Part shown: piece by piece, positions 1 to 13,337 of the stretch
Layout: each line of letters opens with the position of its first letter
Position numbering within the stretch: position 1 is the first letter of the stretch
Assembly (NCBI RefSeq): GCF_009914755.1
Contig: NC_060940.1
Source: the human T2T-CHM13v2.0 reference genome, Homo sapiens
Reading direction: 5' to 3' (one strand)
Length of the DNA stretch: 64,000 nucleotides
Program-made: the position numbers and the translations under genes
The notes under the pieces: generated by a model
Database searches by the model: none
The model's input: the letters and a program-made list of their open reading frames with translations, nothing else
What the model was told of the DNA's origin: nothing

Positions 1-149
1 ATGAAAACAGATCCGTGAAATCATCTAAGTGTTTTAAATTTTGTCAACCACACAGGTACGGCATGAGCGTGTTTTTTCAAAGATTCCTAGTAAGTCTCCA
101 GTTACCTTGAGCATCACCAGCCATCTCCAGAGAATTCTTCCATATAAGA

Positions 150-760
150 AGCTGCCACTCTTTTGAATTTAGTCTAGATCCCTTTAAACTAGAAACATCT
201 GTGTGTTTTTAACCCATAGAATTGTATCATACAAAATGAGTAGTCGTATTTACTGTCTGTGCATTTCCTTCAGCACTGTGTCTTAGAGACTTTACGTGTT
301 GGGACCAACAAACCTACCTTACTGGTTTACGTACTGCATAGAATTTCATTATACAATCGCATAGGACAGCTTGCTCCAACAGTTCCCTATTGATATAGGA
401 TTTTTTTTTTGCCTTGAAAACAATGTTCCATTGAATGTACTTGAATATGTCTTTTTTGTACTATGAGTGTTTTCTCCAAAGTGGCTACAAAGAAGTGGAG
501 TCACTGAGTCACAGGGGATGCACATTTAAACATTAATGGCACCAGCAAATTGCCCTTGAAAGGGCCTGAGCCAAATTATGATACCACTTGTAGTTCAGAG
601 AGAAGCCATTTTCCCACATCAACATTAGCACACTTCTTAATTTTTGCCCATGTGAAGTGCTTTTTAATTTGTATGTCCCTGAGTGCTGGTGATGATGAAC
701 ATCTTTGTGTTTATTTGTTGGCCATTTGTATTTTTAATTTCATGTATGCCCTATTCTTAT
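150..760 (-). mobile_element. Ancient L1 (L1M/L1ME-like) 3' fragment
   Basis: Degenerate antisense L1 ORF2-end/3'UTR sequence, e.g. ttttaatttgtatgtccctgagtgctggtgatgatgaacatctttgtgtttatttgttggccatttgta (662-730); boundaries approximate. Confidence 0.6.
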
Positions 761-1984
761 TCTTCCTCATCAGTATCCTCTTGCATTTCATTTCTGAACT
801 CCTGAGCACGGGTATAGTCTGTCTTGTTCCTTATTGCATCTCTTGTGCCCAGTCCAATATGTGTCATGAAATAACTGCACAAACAATTGTGAAATGATCC
901 AAGTTATCACCACCTCTAACCTAAGCACGGTTTTTCAGTCTTCAGTCAAGACACAATCTGAAATCTCCTTCCTGGGAGTGAGCCTTAAAGCAAAGTATTA
1001 GACCTTTTAAAGAAAAATCAGACCCCAGTCACTTTGGCTAACAGGTGGTTGGTTGTCCTAGAATGCTAGGTCAAAGCCCTCCAGGCACCCTAGAATTCAC
1101 CCAAGCTGTATTCTAGTAAATCAGGGCCTGCAGAAGTTATTACTTTGACTATGTCTTTTGTCTGACCAAGACCAGCCATGCATTCAACAAAATGTGTCCA
1201 CCTAATATGTGCTTCTGGGGGGTAGTTATTAGCATTTGAAAACTAAAAGATTTCACATAAATGTCCAGATTTCTGACTTTCCATGACAAACTATAGACCC
1301 AGAGACACCAGGGTTTTTAGAAGAGGGAGATTCTCTCCAGTCTATCATCATCCCTGACTACGTGGGTTCTGGAGACATTTGAATTTGCACCCTCTGGTTT
1401 ACAATACAGTTAGAGATAAAAGTAAACCTGTGAAAAAAAAGAAGAGAAATCCTGCAATACAAAGCAGTGTGTGGTAATATACCAAGTAGGTGATATCATA
1501 TGGATTTCCAGAAGAATTCTGAGAAAGGGAAGGGCCTTGAAGGCTGAGGTAGTCACAGTAGATATGTTGTGTATTAGCTGGGCCTTAAAGGATGGGCAGA
1601 CATTGCTGGGTGAGGGTAGGGTAAGAATGAAAGAAGGTCAAAGGGAACATTCCTACTGCTCATGAATGGTCTTGAAACCTGAAAAGCCGAGTGAAAATTT
1701 TGTTTGCATTTTCCCTCTGAAGACAGGATTCAATGCTTCCAGCAGATTCTTAAAAGAATTAATGACCCCCTCACCTCCACAAATGGGGAAAATCACTGGT
1801 AGAGGGAGACATTGAGAGCTAAAGTTAGTGATGTGATCTGGGAACTGGCATAGAGGGGCTTGGCTGCCCAGCTGAAGAGTTTTGGCTACATTTCACCCAC
1901 CTGCAGCTGCAGAAGCCTGTAGCTGACAAGGAGTCTTTGAATGCAACCCAGAGGGAGATATAAGCTTCCCTGGGGATGTCATAA

Positions 1985-2672
1985 TTGCTACCATTTACTG
2001 CCCACTTTGTATGTTCCTCACACTATGCTGAACTTTTTAAAAAATTGAGATGAAATTCATACAACATAAAATTAATCACTGTAAACTGTGAAATTTAGTG
2101 GCATGTAGTACATTCACAACGTTGCACAACAATCACACCTATCTAGCTTCAGATGTTTTTATGACCCAAATGGAAACCCTATGCCCATGAAGCAGTCACT
2201 CCCCACTCCTTTTTATGGCTGAATGATATTCCAGTGTTATGATAGGCTACAGTTTATCCATTCATCAGCTGACGGGCATTTGGACCGTTTTCACTTTTGG
2301 GTTACTGTGAATAGTGTTGTTGTGAAGATTCATGTATAAGTGACTGAATCGTTGTTTTCAGTTATTTTGGATACATACTGAGAAGTAGAATTGCTGACTC
2401 ATATGGTAATTTTATATTTAATTATTCTGAGGCTATGCTGAGCTTTCTCTGTGTTCTCTTTTTTAATCTTCTTAAAAAATTCAGTGAGAAAGGATTATAA
2501 TTACCTTACAGATAAGAATGTACAGGTAAGAAAACAGGCCCAGAAAGTGAAGTAGTCTTTCTAAGGTAGTTAAGTGGCCTTTTTAAGGTTGTGTAGCCAG
2601 TAAGTGGTAGAGTTGAGATTTAATCCCAGGACTGACTGATTGCAGAACCTCAACTCTTAACCACTATACTAC
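1985..2672 (-). mobile_element. MIR SINE, split by an L1MB insertion
   Basis: Antisense MIR core (ttacagataagaa...gtaagtggtagagttgagatttaatcccagg...ctcttaaccactatact); left part at 1985-2036. Confidence 0.7.
2037..2432 (-). mobile_element. L1MB-like 3' end fragment with TSD
   Basis: aattgagatgaaattcatacaacataaaatt...agtacattcacaacgttgcacaac is a typical antisense L1MB 3' end; flanked by ctatgctgaacttt (2023-2036) and ctatgctgagcttt (2433-2446). Confidence 0.8.
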
Positions 2673-2854
2673 CCTGCCTTTCTATAGCACCAAGGAGGAT
2701 CGCACCTCCAAACGTGGCAAGAAATGAGTTAGTTTCCTTGCTCAAAGAACTATTAATGAAAAGAAAAATGTTAATTGGAGAAATGTTACCCAATGGCAAT
2801 TATCTGTTAAACTGAGTGGGAGTTTTGCCGTGAAAGAAAAGCGAACAAAGCCTC

Positions 2855-3221
2855 TGTATTAGTCCATTTTCACACTGCTAACAAAGACATACCCAAGACT
2901 GGGTAATTTATAAAGAAAAAGAGATTTAATGGAGTCGCAGTTCCACATGACTGGGGAGTCCTCACAATCATGGCAGAAGATGAAGGAAGAGCAAAGGAAC
3001 ATCTTACATGGCAGCAGGCAAAAGAGAGCTTGTGCAGGGGAACTACCATTTATAAAACCATCAAATCTTGTGAAACTTATTCACTACCATGAGAACAGCA
3101 TGGGAAAGACCCACCCTTATGATTCAATGACCTCCCACCAGGTCCCTCTTGTGACACATGGGAATTACGGGAGCTACAATTCAAGATGAGCTTTGGGTGG
3201 GCACACAGTCAAACCATATCA
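2855..3221 (-). mobile_element. THE1 (ERVL-MaLR) solo LTR
   Basis: Runs from tgtattagtccattttcacactgct to gggcacacagtcaaaccatatca, the reverse complement of the THE1 consensus; 367 bp with TG..CA termini. Confidence 0.92.
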
Positions 3222-5051
3222 CTCTCTATGGGTGCTTTTCTGCTCACCTGTGGAGGCAGGCATCACTGCCACCTGGAAGAAATCGGGACACTCACTCTCC
3301 CAGCCTCCCCTCCTTTTCCTGCTCTTGTGGCCACCCCTTCAGCCTGCACTGCCTCTAAGCTCTTTACCCTGGAGGACAGTAACTTCAATTTTAGAGAAAC
3401 TCTAAAGTGGCTTATATGCACAGGAAGCTGCAAAAACATCTGAGCCTCCACTTCACGCAGGAATTCCCTACCACTTGTGAGGGAGAGCCCATAATAAGCG
3501 GTGTTCATTAGGATTAATGCCTGTTGACTGTGAAAACATGAAATTGATCAGAAAGCCAGTTTTTGAAACAAGACTCCAAGGTGACTGAGGACTAAGGCAG
3601 GAAGGAGGGTGTCTGCTGGGTTCATCAGAACTGAGTCCTGGTAACTGCATAAAAGTGAAATTGATAATACAAGAGACATGATTGCTAGAAAGTGCAAACA
3701 CTGCTGTGGGGGGTGACAGGCAGCAAAATCTGTTTTATTTGCTACCCCAGAGAAGTACTGAAGGGCCTAGTTCTATCCCCAGACACTCCCGTCCTGTTCT
3801 AATGTGGCATCTTTTATCTACCTACTAGGGGGAGAGGGCCACTTCAGACACCTGAGCATGTTAATAACTGGCTGCCTACCAAGGTATGTGCTATGAAAGT
3901 GTAAAGTTGCATCTTAACATAAGTTTTAAAATTTTCTTGGCATCAGTTTTCTATTTCATAGAGACTAAAATGATTGGGATATATTTTGAATTATAAGTTT
4001 ATATGTCTTGACTTGTACTTAGCTGTTAATCCAGGATCCTTCATGTGCATCCCTAGACCTGTGCGTGAGTTGCCTTTCCTCTGGTTTCTCACTGGGTTTG
4101 GTCAATGGTGGCAGCAGCAGGAGATTGGAGGGAAAGAAGTGGAGGAAAGCCTATTTGAATTCCTACTTCACCTCCTGATGGGGCACAAGTTGGCATTGTT
4201 GCAGTTCTCTGTTGTGGGCCGTCGCTCCTGTAAGGTGGCCCTCTCCCAGAGCTGTAGGTCTTGTTGAGTTCTGGTAACTCTCCCTCCTTCTGTCCTTTCA
4301 GTCTTGGGGGTGGTCTCAGCTTCCCACCATTGCTAGCCCCGGGGAGCTTCATTCCCTGTTCATTTTCCTCACTTTGCCCACATTTTTCTAAAGAGTCCTT
4401 TTAACCTTTCACCCCTTCAACATGCCATCTCTTTCCTACCATGACCCTGACTAGTCAGCCACCCAACTCCTCTGTCCCCATGCAGATATCTATGAGATGG
4501 CAGGGTGGGGCAAGAATCCCAGGGCTGGGACAGAGCACGGGTTGACTAAGCATCAGACTGTAGTACCATCATCTTATGCCTAATAAGACTGGACCAGAGA
4601 TCAGGGGAACTGAGGGCTGAGGAGCCTGGTCAGGGAATGGGACCCAAGGAAACTGGAAGAAAAGTTGTCTAGGATGGAGCACTGGGAATAGAGAAGAGAA
4701 AAATAACATTCCAACCAGAAAAATAATACAGCAACTTGAGAATCAATTGGTGAGATGATTTGTGGGTTCCACCCTGCACACAGAGCTTGCTTTCATAGAT
4801 GCTCCTACCCCTGGAGTAGACTTTCCCTTTTCCTTGGTAAACTTTGAGGGAGGACAGCTTCCCTGTGCACCTGACTAGGCCATCTCTCCGCCCCTTCAGT
4901 CCAGAATTTGAGCTCCTTGAAGGTTCTTGGAATGACCTCAGCCATTTTTTACTCCTGTCCCTTTTCACTCAAATGGTCCTCTTTGCCAGATTTTACACCG
5001 TGATAATTCTTAGTCTTTCTTTAAGACTTGGTCAACTATGATAATGCTTAG

Positions 5052-5950
<899 letters not shown>

Positions 5951-6519
5951 TCTTAGTGTTTCTTAAGATCAACTGGGATTCTCAGAAAATCTTATCTATT
6001 CCTTAGTCTGATAGAAATACTCTTCTAGGCTCCCAGGCATTACCTGAGTCTTCTCTCCCATCCCTTCACTGCCAGAACATGAAATCTGTCCAACAGGGCT
6101 TTGGTTCCATTTATTAGTGAAAGGGGTAGTTTAGAAAATGTGGTCTGAGGAATAAACATGAACATTTTGAACATTTTAGAGATCTCTGGGGCAGTGGAAT
6201 AAAAAAATTCTGTATCTATGCTTTTGGAGTGGGAAAGGAGCCTCCCCAAGAAATTCTAAAAAGTTATATTTTGTAAGGCAAGAACACAAACCTCTAAGTA
6301 TGAAACCAGAGTCCTTACACATTAAAGAAGCTGGAACACGTCAACAGTGGGTACAAAGGGAAGCAAAATCCCTCAGGATAGAAGGAAACGAACACCTTAA
6401 CTTTTGAACTCTTAAGGGAAGAGTGTATTTTCTTCATGATCCACTAAGTTTCTTGCCCTCAGGAACATTTAGAAAAATATGTATGAAAAGAACTATGTTT
6501 ATCTGGTTGTCGTAGTATA

Positions 6520-7075
6520 TGATGGAGGTCCTCGGGACCACTCCCAGGTTTGATGAATTGCTAGAAGAACTCATGGATTCAGTATACAGCCATATTGAAA
6601 GCTATGATTTATGACAGTGAAATGATACACAGCAAAATCAGCAAAGGGAAGAGGCACAGGGGGTGAAGTCTGAGGAAGCCAGGCACAAGCTTCCCACTAT
6701 CCTCTCCCCGTGGAGTCACGCAGGACAAGTGTAATTCCTCCAGCAACATACTGTGATAACCTGTATGCATGTTGCCAAGCAGGACAGCTCACGAGAGAAT
6801 CAGGACCCTGGGTTTTTAAATTGGAGGCTAGTCATGTAGGCACCCTTTTCCTGGCATGTACCAAAATTCCAGATCTCAGTAAGGAGAGCAGGCGTTTAGC
6901 ATGAATGATATTGTTTGCATGAACAGTGTTGATGCAGTGAGCCCACTTTCCAGTTCTGAGAATGGAGGGAACCCTCTCCAAATCAAAGTATCCAGGTGTC
7001 AGCCAAGGTCCGACCTTGCAGGCAGAGCTTTCTAAGAGCAGCATTCCTCAGGTCTGCTGGTTGCTCTTTTTTCCT
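6520..7075 (-). mobile_element. ERVL LTR, MER21/MER68/MER77 group
   Basis: Collinear with 14853-15371 (aaatcagcaaaggg, gaagccaggcaca, taccaaaattccaga, accttgca). Confidence 0.75.
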
Positions 7076-8403
7076 CAGGAGGTGTCATATTGATCACTCC
7101 TAGTAAAAGGAGGCAGCGATGCCATTTTCCAACAAGGGGAGTTTTCTTTCCCTCAGATCCCACAAAGAACTGGAGCTTCCTAGAATGTCAGCTCGGATTT
7201 CTTTTTCCAGATACCTTGGCAATGACTTCCAAACCTCAAAGGCACTGTAACAGTTGACTTTAATTAAATTATTACCCACATCCCTCTTCTCCTTTGCCTT
7301 CCATCTTGAGGGGCTTAAACCTAAGCTCCCAAGAGCCATCCTTGCTGCATGGAAGACTCATCCCTCAGAGATTTGCCAGGTGTTAAAGCCTATATTTGAT
7401 GGTTACCCATCAAATAAACTCTTTTTTTTATCCCAAATGCTTTATGTTCTGCACCCATGGGCCCAGCACCCTTGCAGTTACTCCCACACTCTCCTGGTTC
7501 TTGCCCACCCATGTTAGCTAGTTAACATGGACAGGCTATGTTGGCCCAAGTTAGCCATGTGAGCCCATTCATGTTAGCCAGTTGGAGCCCCTGTGGTATA
7601 GAAACCTTCTCTCCCTGGAAGGCTCAACACTTTCCCAGTCAGGTCAGGCTGAGAGTCAATTCTTGGTGTTGGTCTGGTAGCCAGCAGAGGATGTGGGGGC
7701 ATTGTTTTGTTGGGCACCTACCTCATTAGTGGCTTTGCTCATTCTTCAAGGGAAGGGGCTCTGTCTTCCAGTGAGAGGGAGGAGGAGACTTTTGCAGGCC
7801 TAAAGGGTTCAGGGGGATCATAGGGTTGAAGGAGCTCAAATGCATGTTTTCAAGTGTCTCCACCCCAGGTCTCAGAGTCCCACTTCTTCCCATAAGGATT
7901 TTGACTTTGGTGGAAGAGATGTGCCTAGGCTAAGAATCTAAGAACTCTGAACTTCAGCTGCTCTTACAATTAGGTTCTGTGTCTGTTCTTCAGCTCTGTC
8001 TTTATGCTGAAGAAGATGAGCATTTCTTTAAATAATGCCAGGGATGCTCTCTGACACTGTTTGCTCTAAATTATTGAGTGACTGCCCTGAGGCTGCCATT
8101 TTTTCTCTTGGAGGCATTCATGGTATTCAGTGACAGCCACCTAATTTCACGGTCCTTAGAATTACTGTATCTCTCACTCCTCTCCAACACCAGAGACACT
8201 GCACAAACCAGTATCTCCCCTTCTGCCCCTTTCTGGTCCCGGTTCTCCACAGGTGAAAGTCTTAGCAATCATGCTGTGCCCACAGATGATGATGCTCCAC
8301 CTCCCACTAGTGATAAACTCCACGTTGCCAGGCAACTAATCAGTGATCCAACTCCACAGCCCTTCCTTTGAGTCTGGTTCTTAGGACCACTCTCTTAGGT
8401 CAG

Positions 8404-8570
8404 TGTGGGGGGGCAGAATAATGGTCCCTAAGTCATTCATATCCAAATCCCTGGAACCAGTGAGTATGTTACCTTACATGGCAAATGGGACTTTGTGAAT
8501 GTTATGAATCTTGACATGGGGAGGTTATACTGGATTATCCAGATGAGTCTAGTGTAATCACAAACAGGTG
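8404..8570 (+). mobile_element. MLT1 (MaLR) LTR 5' fragment
   Basis: tgtgggggggcagaataatggtccc...atgttaccttacatggcaaatgggactttg...ctggattatccag. Confidence 0.75.
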
Positions 8571-8691
8571 ATTTTTGACTGGTCCTGGGCACCCAAGGGA
8601 GCAGTCCTGGCCACTGCAGGAAGGTTAGAGTCAGAGAAGGGGAATCTATTTCAGCAGCCTTGTACAGGGCAGAAATTGTACACTCCAATGA

Positions 8692-9050
<359 letters not shown>

Positions 9051-9924
9051 AGGAATGGTGGCTTTTCTAGCCTAGTTGCTTTGACCTCCAAATGCAGGCT
9101 TAGTCTGACTTGCATAAAATAAACTAGGTGCATTCAGCAGCCTGGTAAACAGTCACTTGGTAGTTTTGCAGAATTTAGCTGCTTTATCGCATTCTGCCAG
9201 CTTCTGTTTTAGTTTATTCAAGCAACCTTGGCTGGCCCTAGTTGACTGGTGATCTTGCTGTTAATGACAGACCACTGACATGACTGCATTTGAGTGAGAA
9301 GCCCCTTGGACTTGCCACTTTGCCTGGTCTGGGGCCTCGAAGGGGGCAGCGCTTGTCTCTGAATACTAATTGTTGCTCTGTCATCTGACTCAATCAACAC
9401 AGGAAGTGGGACACCAGCAGACAGTCGCCAATGGAGATACGATTTCAGCCTTAATATTTTACCCCTTGACAGTACGACAAATGCATCTAAACTGATGGAA
9501 AATGGGATTCTTCACTGAGATGCACTGTGCCCCAGATCTGTAATTTGATACAAAAGCTTCACACAAATGGAAATTAAAATGCATTTTAGATGCTTCCTCC
9601 CATGAAAGCAGTTTGCACCAGCAGACTTCTCTCTTTCAGGAGTTCGCTATAGAAATAGGAGAAACCGGGCAGCTTTGCTGTTGGCGGCTGTGGAGGTAAC
9701 AATCTCCCTGTGTGTCAACTGTAGGCAAGAAAACGAAATAAAATGAAAACCAAGTGGAGGCCTAATTATCCTTTTCAAGATGACTTCATCCTGTAGAGTG
9801 GCCCATTGAATACTACAAGGCACTTTCCTTTCCCTTCTTTACCCCTTGAGTGTTTGGGGCCACATTAACGGGGGCGGGGGTCACACTGGGATTCAGAAGA
9901 TGGGGTGCTTACCATTTGAGTCCA

Positions 9925-10170
9925 ATTTATTTGCCTAACAACACTTACAGAGGTAGTGACTATCCGCCAAGCTCTGTTTAAAAGCTCTCCTTAGATAGTA
10001 ACACATTTGTTTCTCAGAATGACTCTGTGAAGCAAGTACTGATGCTATTGCTATTTTAGGAAAATTAAGAAACAGAGAGATGAAGTGACCTGCCCTATGT
10101 CACACCTAGTAAGTGGCACCAGAATTGGGATTTGAACCTGGTCATCTGACTCCAAGTTCAAGGTCTTAAT
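9925..10170 (-). mobile_element. MIR SINE
   Basis: Antisense MIR core: agtgacctgccctatgtcacacctagtaagtggc...gggatttgaacctgg. Confidence 0.75.
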
Positions 10171-10584
10171 TGATTTGCTATGTTCTTCCTTTCTGTGGTG
10201 AAGAATCTGGGTGGAATTTGGCTTTCACAGAGAAAGCCCTAACCCTGATATCTTTGTGGTGGGGCAGGCCTTGGCTACAGCAGGGCCAGAGGTGCAGACC
10301 CAGCTATGCTTATAGCACATATTGTTCTGCGGTAGTTTTTTTTTTTTTTTTCTTAATGTGATAGTTTGGCACACGCTCTTGCCAGCCAGGTAGTTACTTC
10401 ATTTACATCTGCCTAATGTTTACCATATACATTACCCATAATGTAATCACTGTTCTACTTTTAGACATCAACTTGTTCCCAATTTTCGGTTATTAAGAGC
10501 AGTAATGTAATAATGCGTATCCTTTTATAGCCAGGTTTTTAAAAAATACCTGGTTATATAAGGATATGCATTATTCCTTTATTA

Positions 10585-11167
10585 TTTTTTTAATTTATTT
10601 TTTATTTCATTAGGTTTTTGTGGAACAGCTGCTGTTTGGTTACATGAATAAGTGCTTTAGTGGTGATTTCTGAGATTTTAATGCACCTATCACCCAACAA
10701 TCGTATACTGTACCCAATGTGTAGTCTATTACCCCTCCTCCCACACTTTCCCCTGAGTCCCCAAAGTCCACTGTATTATTCTTATGCTTTTATGTCCTCA
10801 TAGCTTAGTTTCCACTTATTAGTGAGAACATACAATGTTTGGTTTTCCATTCCTGAGTTACTTCACTTAGAATAATGGTCTCCAATTCCATCCAGGTTGC
10901 TGCGAATGCCATTATTTTGTTCCTTTTTAAGGCTGAGTAGTCTATATACATGCGCCACATTTTCTTTATCCACTCATTGACTGATGGACATTTGGGCTGG
11001 TTCCTTATTTTTGCAATTGCAAATTGTGCCGCTGTAAACATGAGTATGCGTGTCTTTTTCATATAATGACTTCTTTTTCTCTAGGTAGATACCTGGTTGT
11101 GGGATTGCTGGGTCAAATGGTAGATTTACTTTTAGTTCTTCAAAGAATCTTTACATTGTTTTCCACA
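10585..11167 (-). mobile_element. L1PB-like 3' end, 5'-truncated
   Basis: ggttacatgaataagtgctttagtggtgatttctgagatttt 3'UTR; ORF 10805-11062 encodes the L1 ORF2 C-terminus (WMELETIILSEVTQEWKTKHCMFSLISGN). Confidence 0.9.
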
Positions 11168-11179
11168 TTATTACATTAT

Positions 11180-11301
11180 TTAATAGAGACACGGTTTCAC
11201 CATTTTGCCCAGGCTGGTCTCAAACTCCTGGCCTCAAGTGATCTGGCTGCTTCGGCTTTCCAAAGTGCTGGGATTCCAAGCATGAGCCACTGTGCCCAGC
11301 C
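11180..11301 (-). mobile_element. Alu left monomer (FLAM-like)
   Basis: agagacacggtttcaccattttgcccaggctggtctcaaactcctggcctcaagtgatc...gagccactgtgcccagcc. Confidence 0.85.
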
Positions 11302-12419
11302 TAGCCACGTGTGTTTTCTTGTGAGTTTATTCACAGGGTAAATTTTCAACTGTGGGATTGCTGGGTCAAAGGGTATATATATTTTTAATTGTGATAGCTC
11401 TTGCCCACTTGCTCTCCAGAGAGGTTACCCCAATCCATAGTGTCCCTAAAAGTGCATGAAGAGTACCTGTTTCTTCACACTCTTCATGCACTGTGTATTA
11501 GAAAACTAAAAAAGTGCCTGCATGAAAAATAAGAGATGGTAATTCATTATTATTTGATTAATTATGGTGTCTCATCATTGCTTATTGGCTAGTTGTATTT
11601 ATTTTTCTGTGAACTGCCTACTTGAATCCTTTGCCCACTGCTTCCCCCAGTTGAGTTCTTTATCATTTTTTTACTGATTCATAGGCACCCACTTCATTGT
11701 TTTAAGCCTTGGGGAGCGCTAGCTTTTTAGTTTATGGCTGGCCTTGTACTCTGGCCTGGAAAGACTTTGGTTAAACTAACTTTCCTCCTTCTTTTCCTTT
11801 AGTTTTCTCCCCTTTAATCTTTATTTCTGAGTACAGTGCTGTGCACCCTGTGGACACAATAAACACGTGCTGATTGACTGTTTTATTTATCTGATTTTTA
11901 TGGCTTCTTTCCTCTCAAGAGCTCCATAGACTTTATAGTCATTAACTCGATAACCCTCAAAGTACTCTAGTGTGGCAGCAGTAATCACTGTCAGGGTTTT
12001 TGAGATGGTGAAACAGAGGAGCCCAGATTCTCCAGAATTATTCTTTGAGGGCCTCAGGAGGGAGCCTGGTGGGGAAGTTTAGCCTGTTGCAAGCTCTGGA
12101 CCAAAAGAGTCCTTAGAAAGGTTCTAGTCAGAATGACTGCAGGACGGTGAATGGGTGGTCGTTGGGTCTACAAAGATTTCTTCAGACACCCACCCAAAAG
12201 GGAGGCTCCCTCTTGAACTGTTCTCAGATGGAAGTAAGACTGAATAGTAGTTGTGCGTGCCTGAGTTCAAATCTTAGTCACTCTGCATTACAGCTGTGTG
12301 CTGGGGGGCTCTGACTATGCGGCAGACCACGTGCCTTGCTTAGCCCTCAGAAAAATCCTGTGACATGTCAGATGGTTAAGGAACTGGTCCGAGGTGGCAT
12401 GGCACTAAGTAGTGATGTT

Positions 12420-12858
12420 TGTAGTGAGCTAGATGGCAGTCCCTGAAAGCTCTGTCTATGTCTTCATCTCTGGAACCTAGAATGTGGCCTTGTTTGGAAA
12501 AGAGTCTTTGCAGATGTAATTAAGGATCTTGAGTTGAGATCATCCTAAAATAGGTGGACCCTAAATCCAATAACAAATGTCCTTATATGAGACAAAAGAG
12601 GAGAGACAGAGAAGAGAAGGCCAAGTGAAGCCAGAGGCAGAGATGGGTACCGCATCCCATCTCTGCAGCCACAAGCCAAGGGATGCCTGGACCACCAGAA
12701 AGTGGAAGAGGCAAGAAAGGATCCTCCTCTGGAGCCCACCGAGGGAGCCTGGTCCTGCTGACACCTTGATTTCGACTTCTGGCCTCTAGAATTGTGAAAG
12801 AATTAATCTCTGTCATTTTAAGCCTCCTAATTTGTGGCAATTTGTTATGGCAGCCACA
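12420..12858 (+). mobile_element. MLT1B/C-like MaLR LTR
   Basis: gtctttgcagatgtaattaagg...ggaccctaaatccaat...cctgctgacaccttgatttcgacttctggcctctagaattgtga...tttgttatggcagcc. Confidence 0.88.
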
Positions 12859-12929
12859 GTGCTGAGATGAGAACCCAGGCAGTCTGGATTCCAAGTCCGT
12901 ACCCTTACCTGTGACACTGTCTGGTGGGC

Positions 12930-13072
12930 ACATAGCTGCACCTCTCTGAGCTTGTTTTCTCGTCTATATACAAGGATAGTGACTGTGCCTACTCCAGAGC
13001 GATGTTTTGAGGCTTAAATGAGATAATGTACATCAAAGGTAGAGAAGAGAGCTCAATAAATGTTAGCTCTTG
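12930..13072 (+). mobile_element. MIR fragment
   Basis: cctctctgagcttgttttctcgtctata...ttaaatgagataatgta...gctcaataaatgttagct. Confidence 0.7.
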
Positions 13073-13337
13073 TGGCTCCTAGGATTGCTGTTTTTACTGA
13101 GTGACCTTAGGAATGGCCACTTGTGTGCAGCAGGGACAGACACATTCCCTGGGGCCAATACTTGTCCTATAGGGAGGGTAATTCCAAAATCTTAGGCTAA
13201 TAACTCACCATTCTGGGTGGTTGGTAGTTGAGGAAGTACCTTGGGGACATCAGTTGGTCTCCAGGTGTTTTTCCTTTGTATTTATCTATGAATTAGTTAT
13301 TTTCATTTCTTTTGGTGTGTCTTTCTTTCTTTTATTT

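Larger units (their letters stand above)
10400..11690 (-). mobile_element. Ancient L1ME-like fragment hosting younger insertions
   Basis: Degenerate antisense L1 3' sequence on both sides of 10585-11301, e.g. gggattgctgggtcaaagggtatatatatttttaatt (11354-). Confidence 0.55.

Noticed and set aside
9335-9352. Possible CTCF site cctcgaagggggcagc
   Set aside because: The 5' half fits the CCASYAGRKGGC core poorly; unsupported without ChIP data
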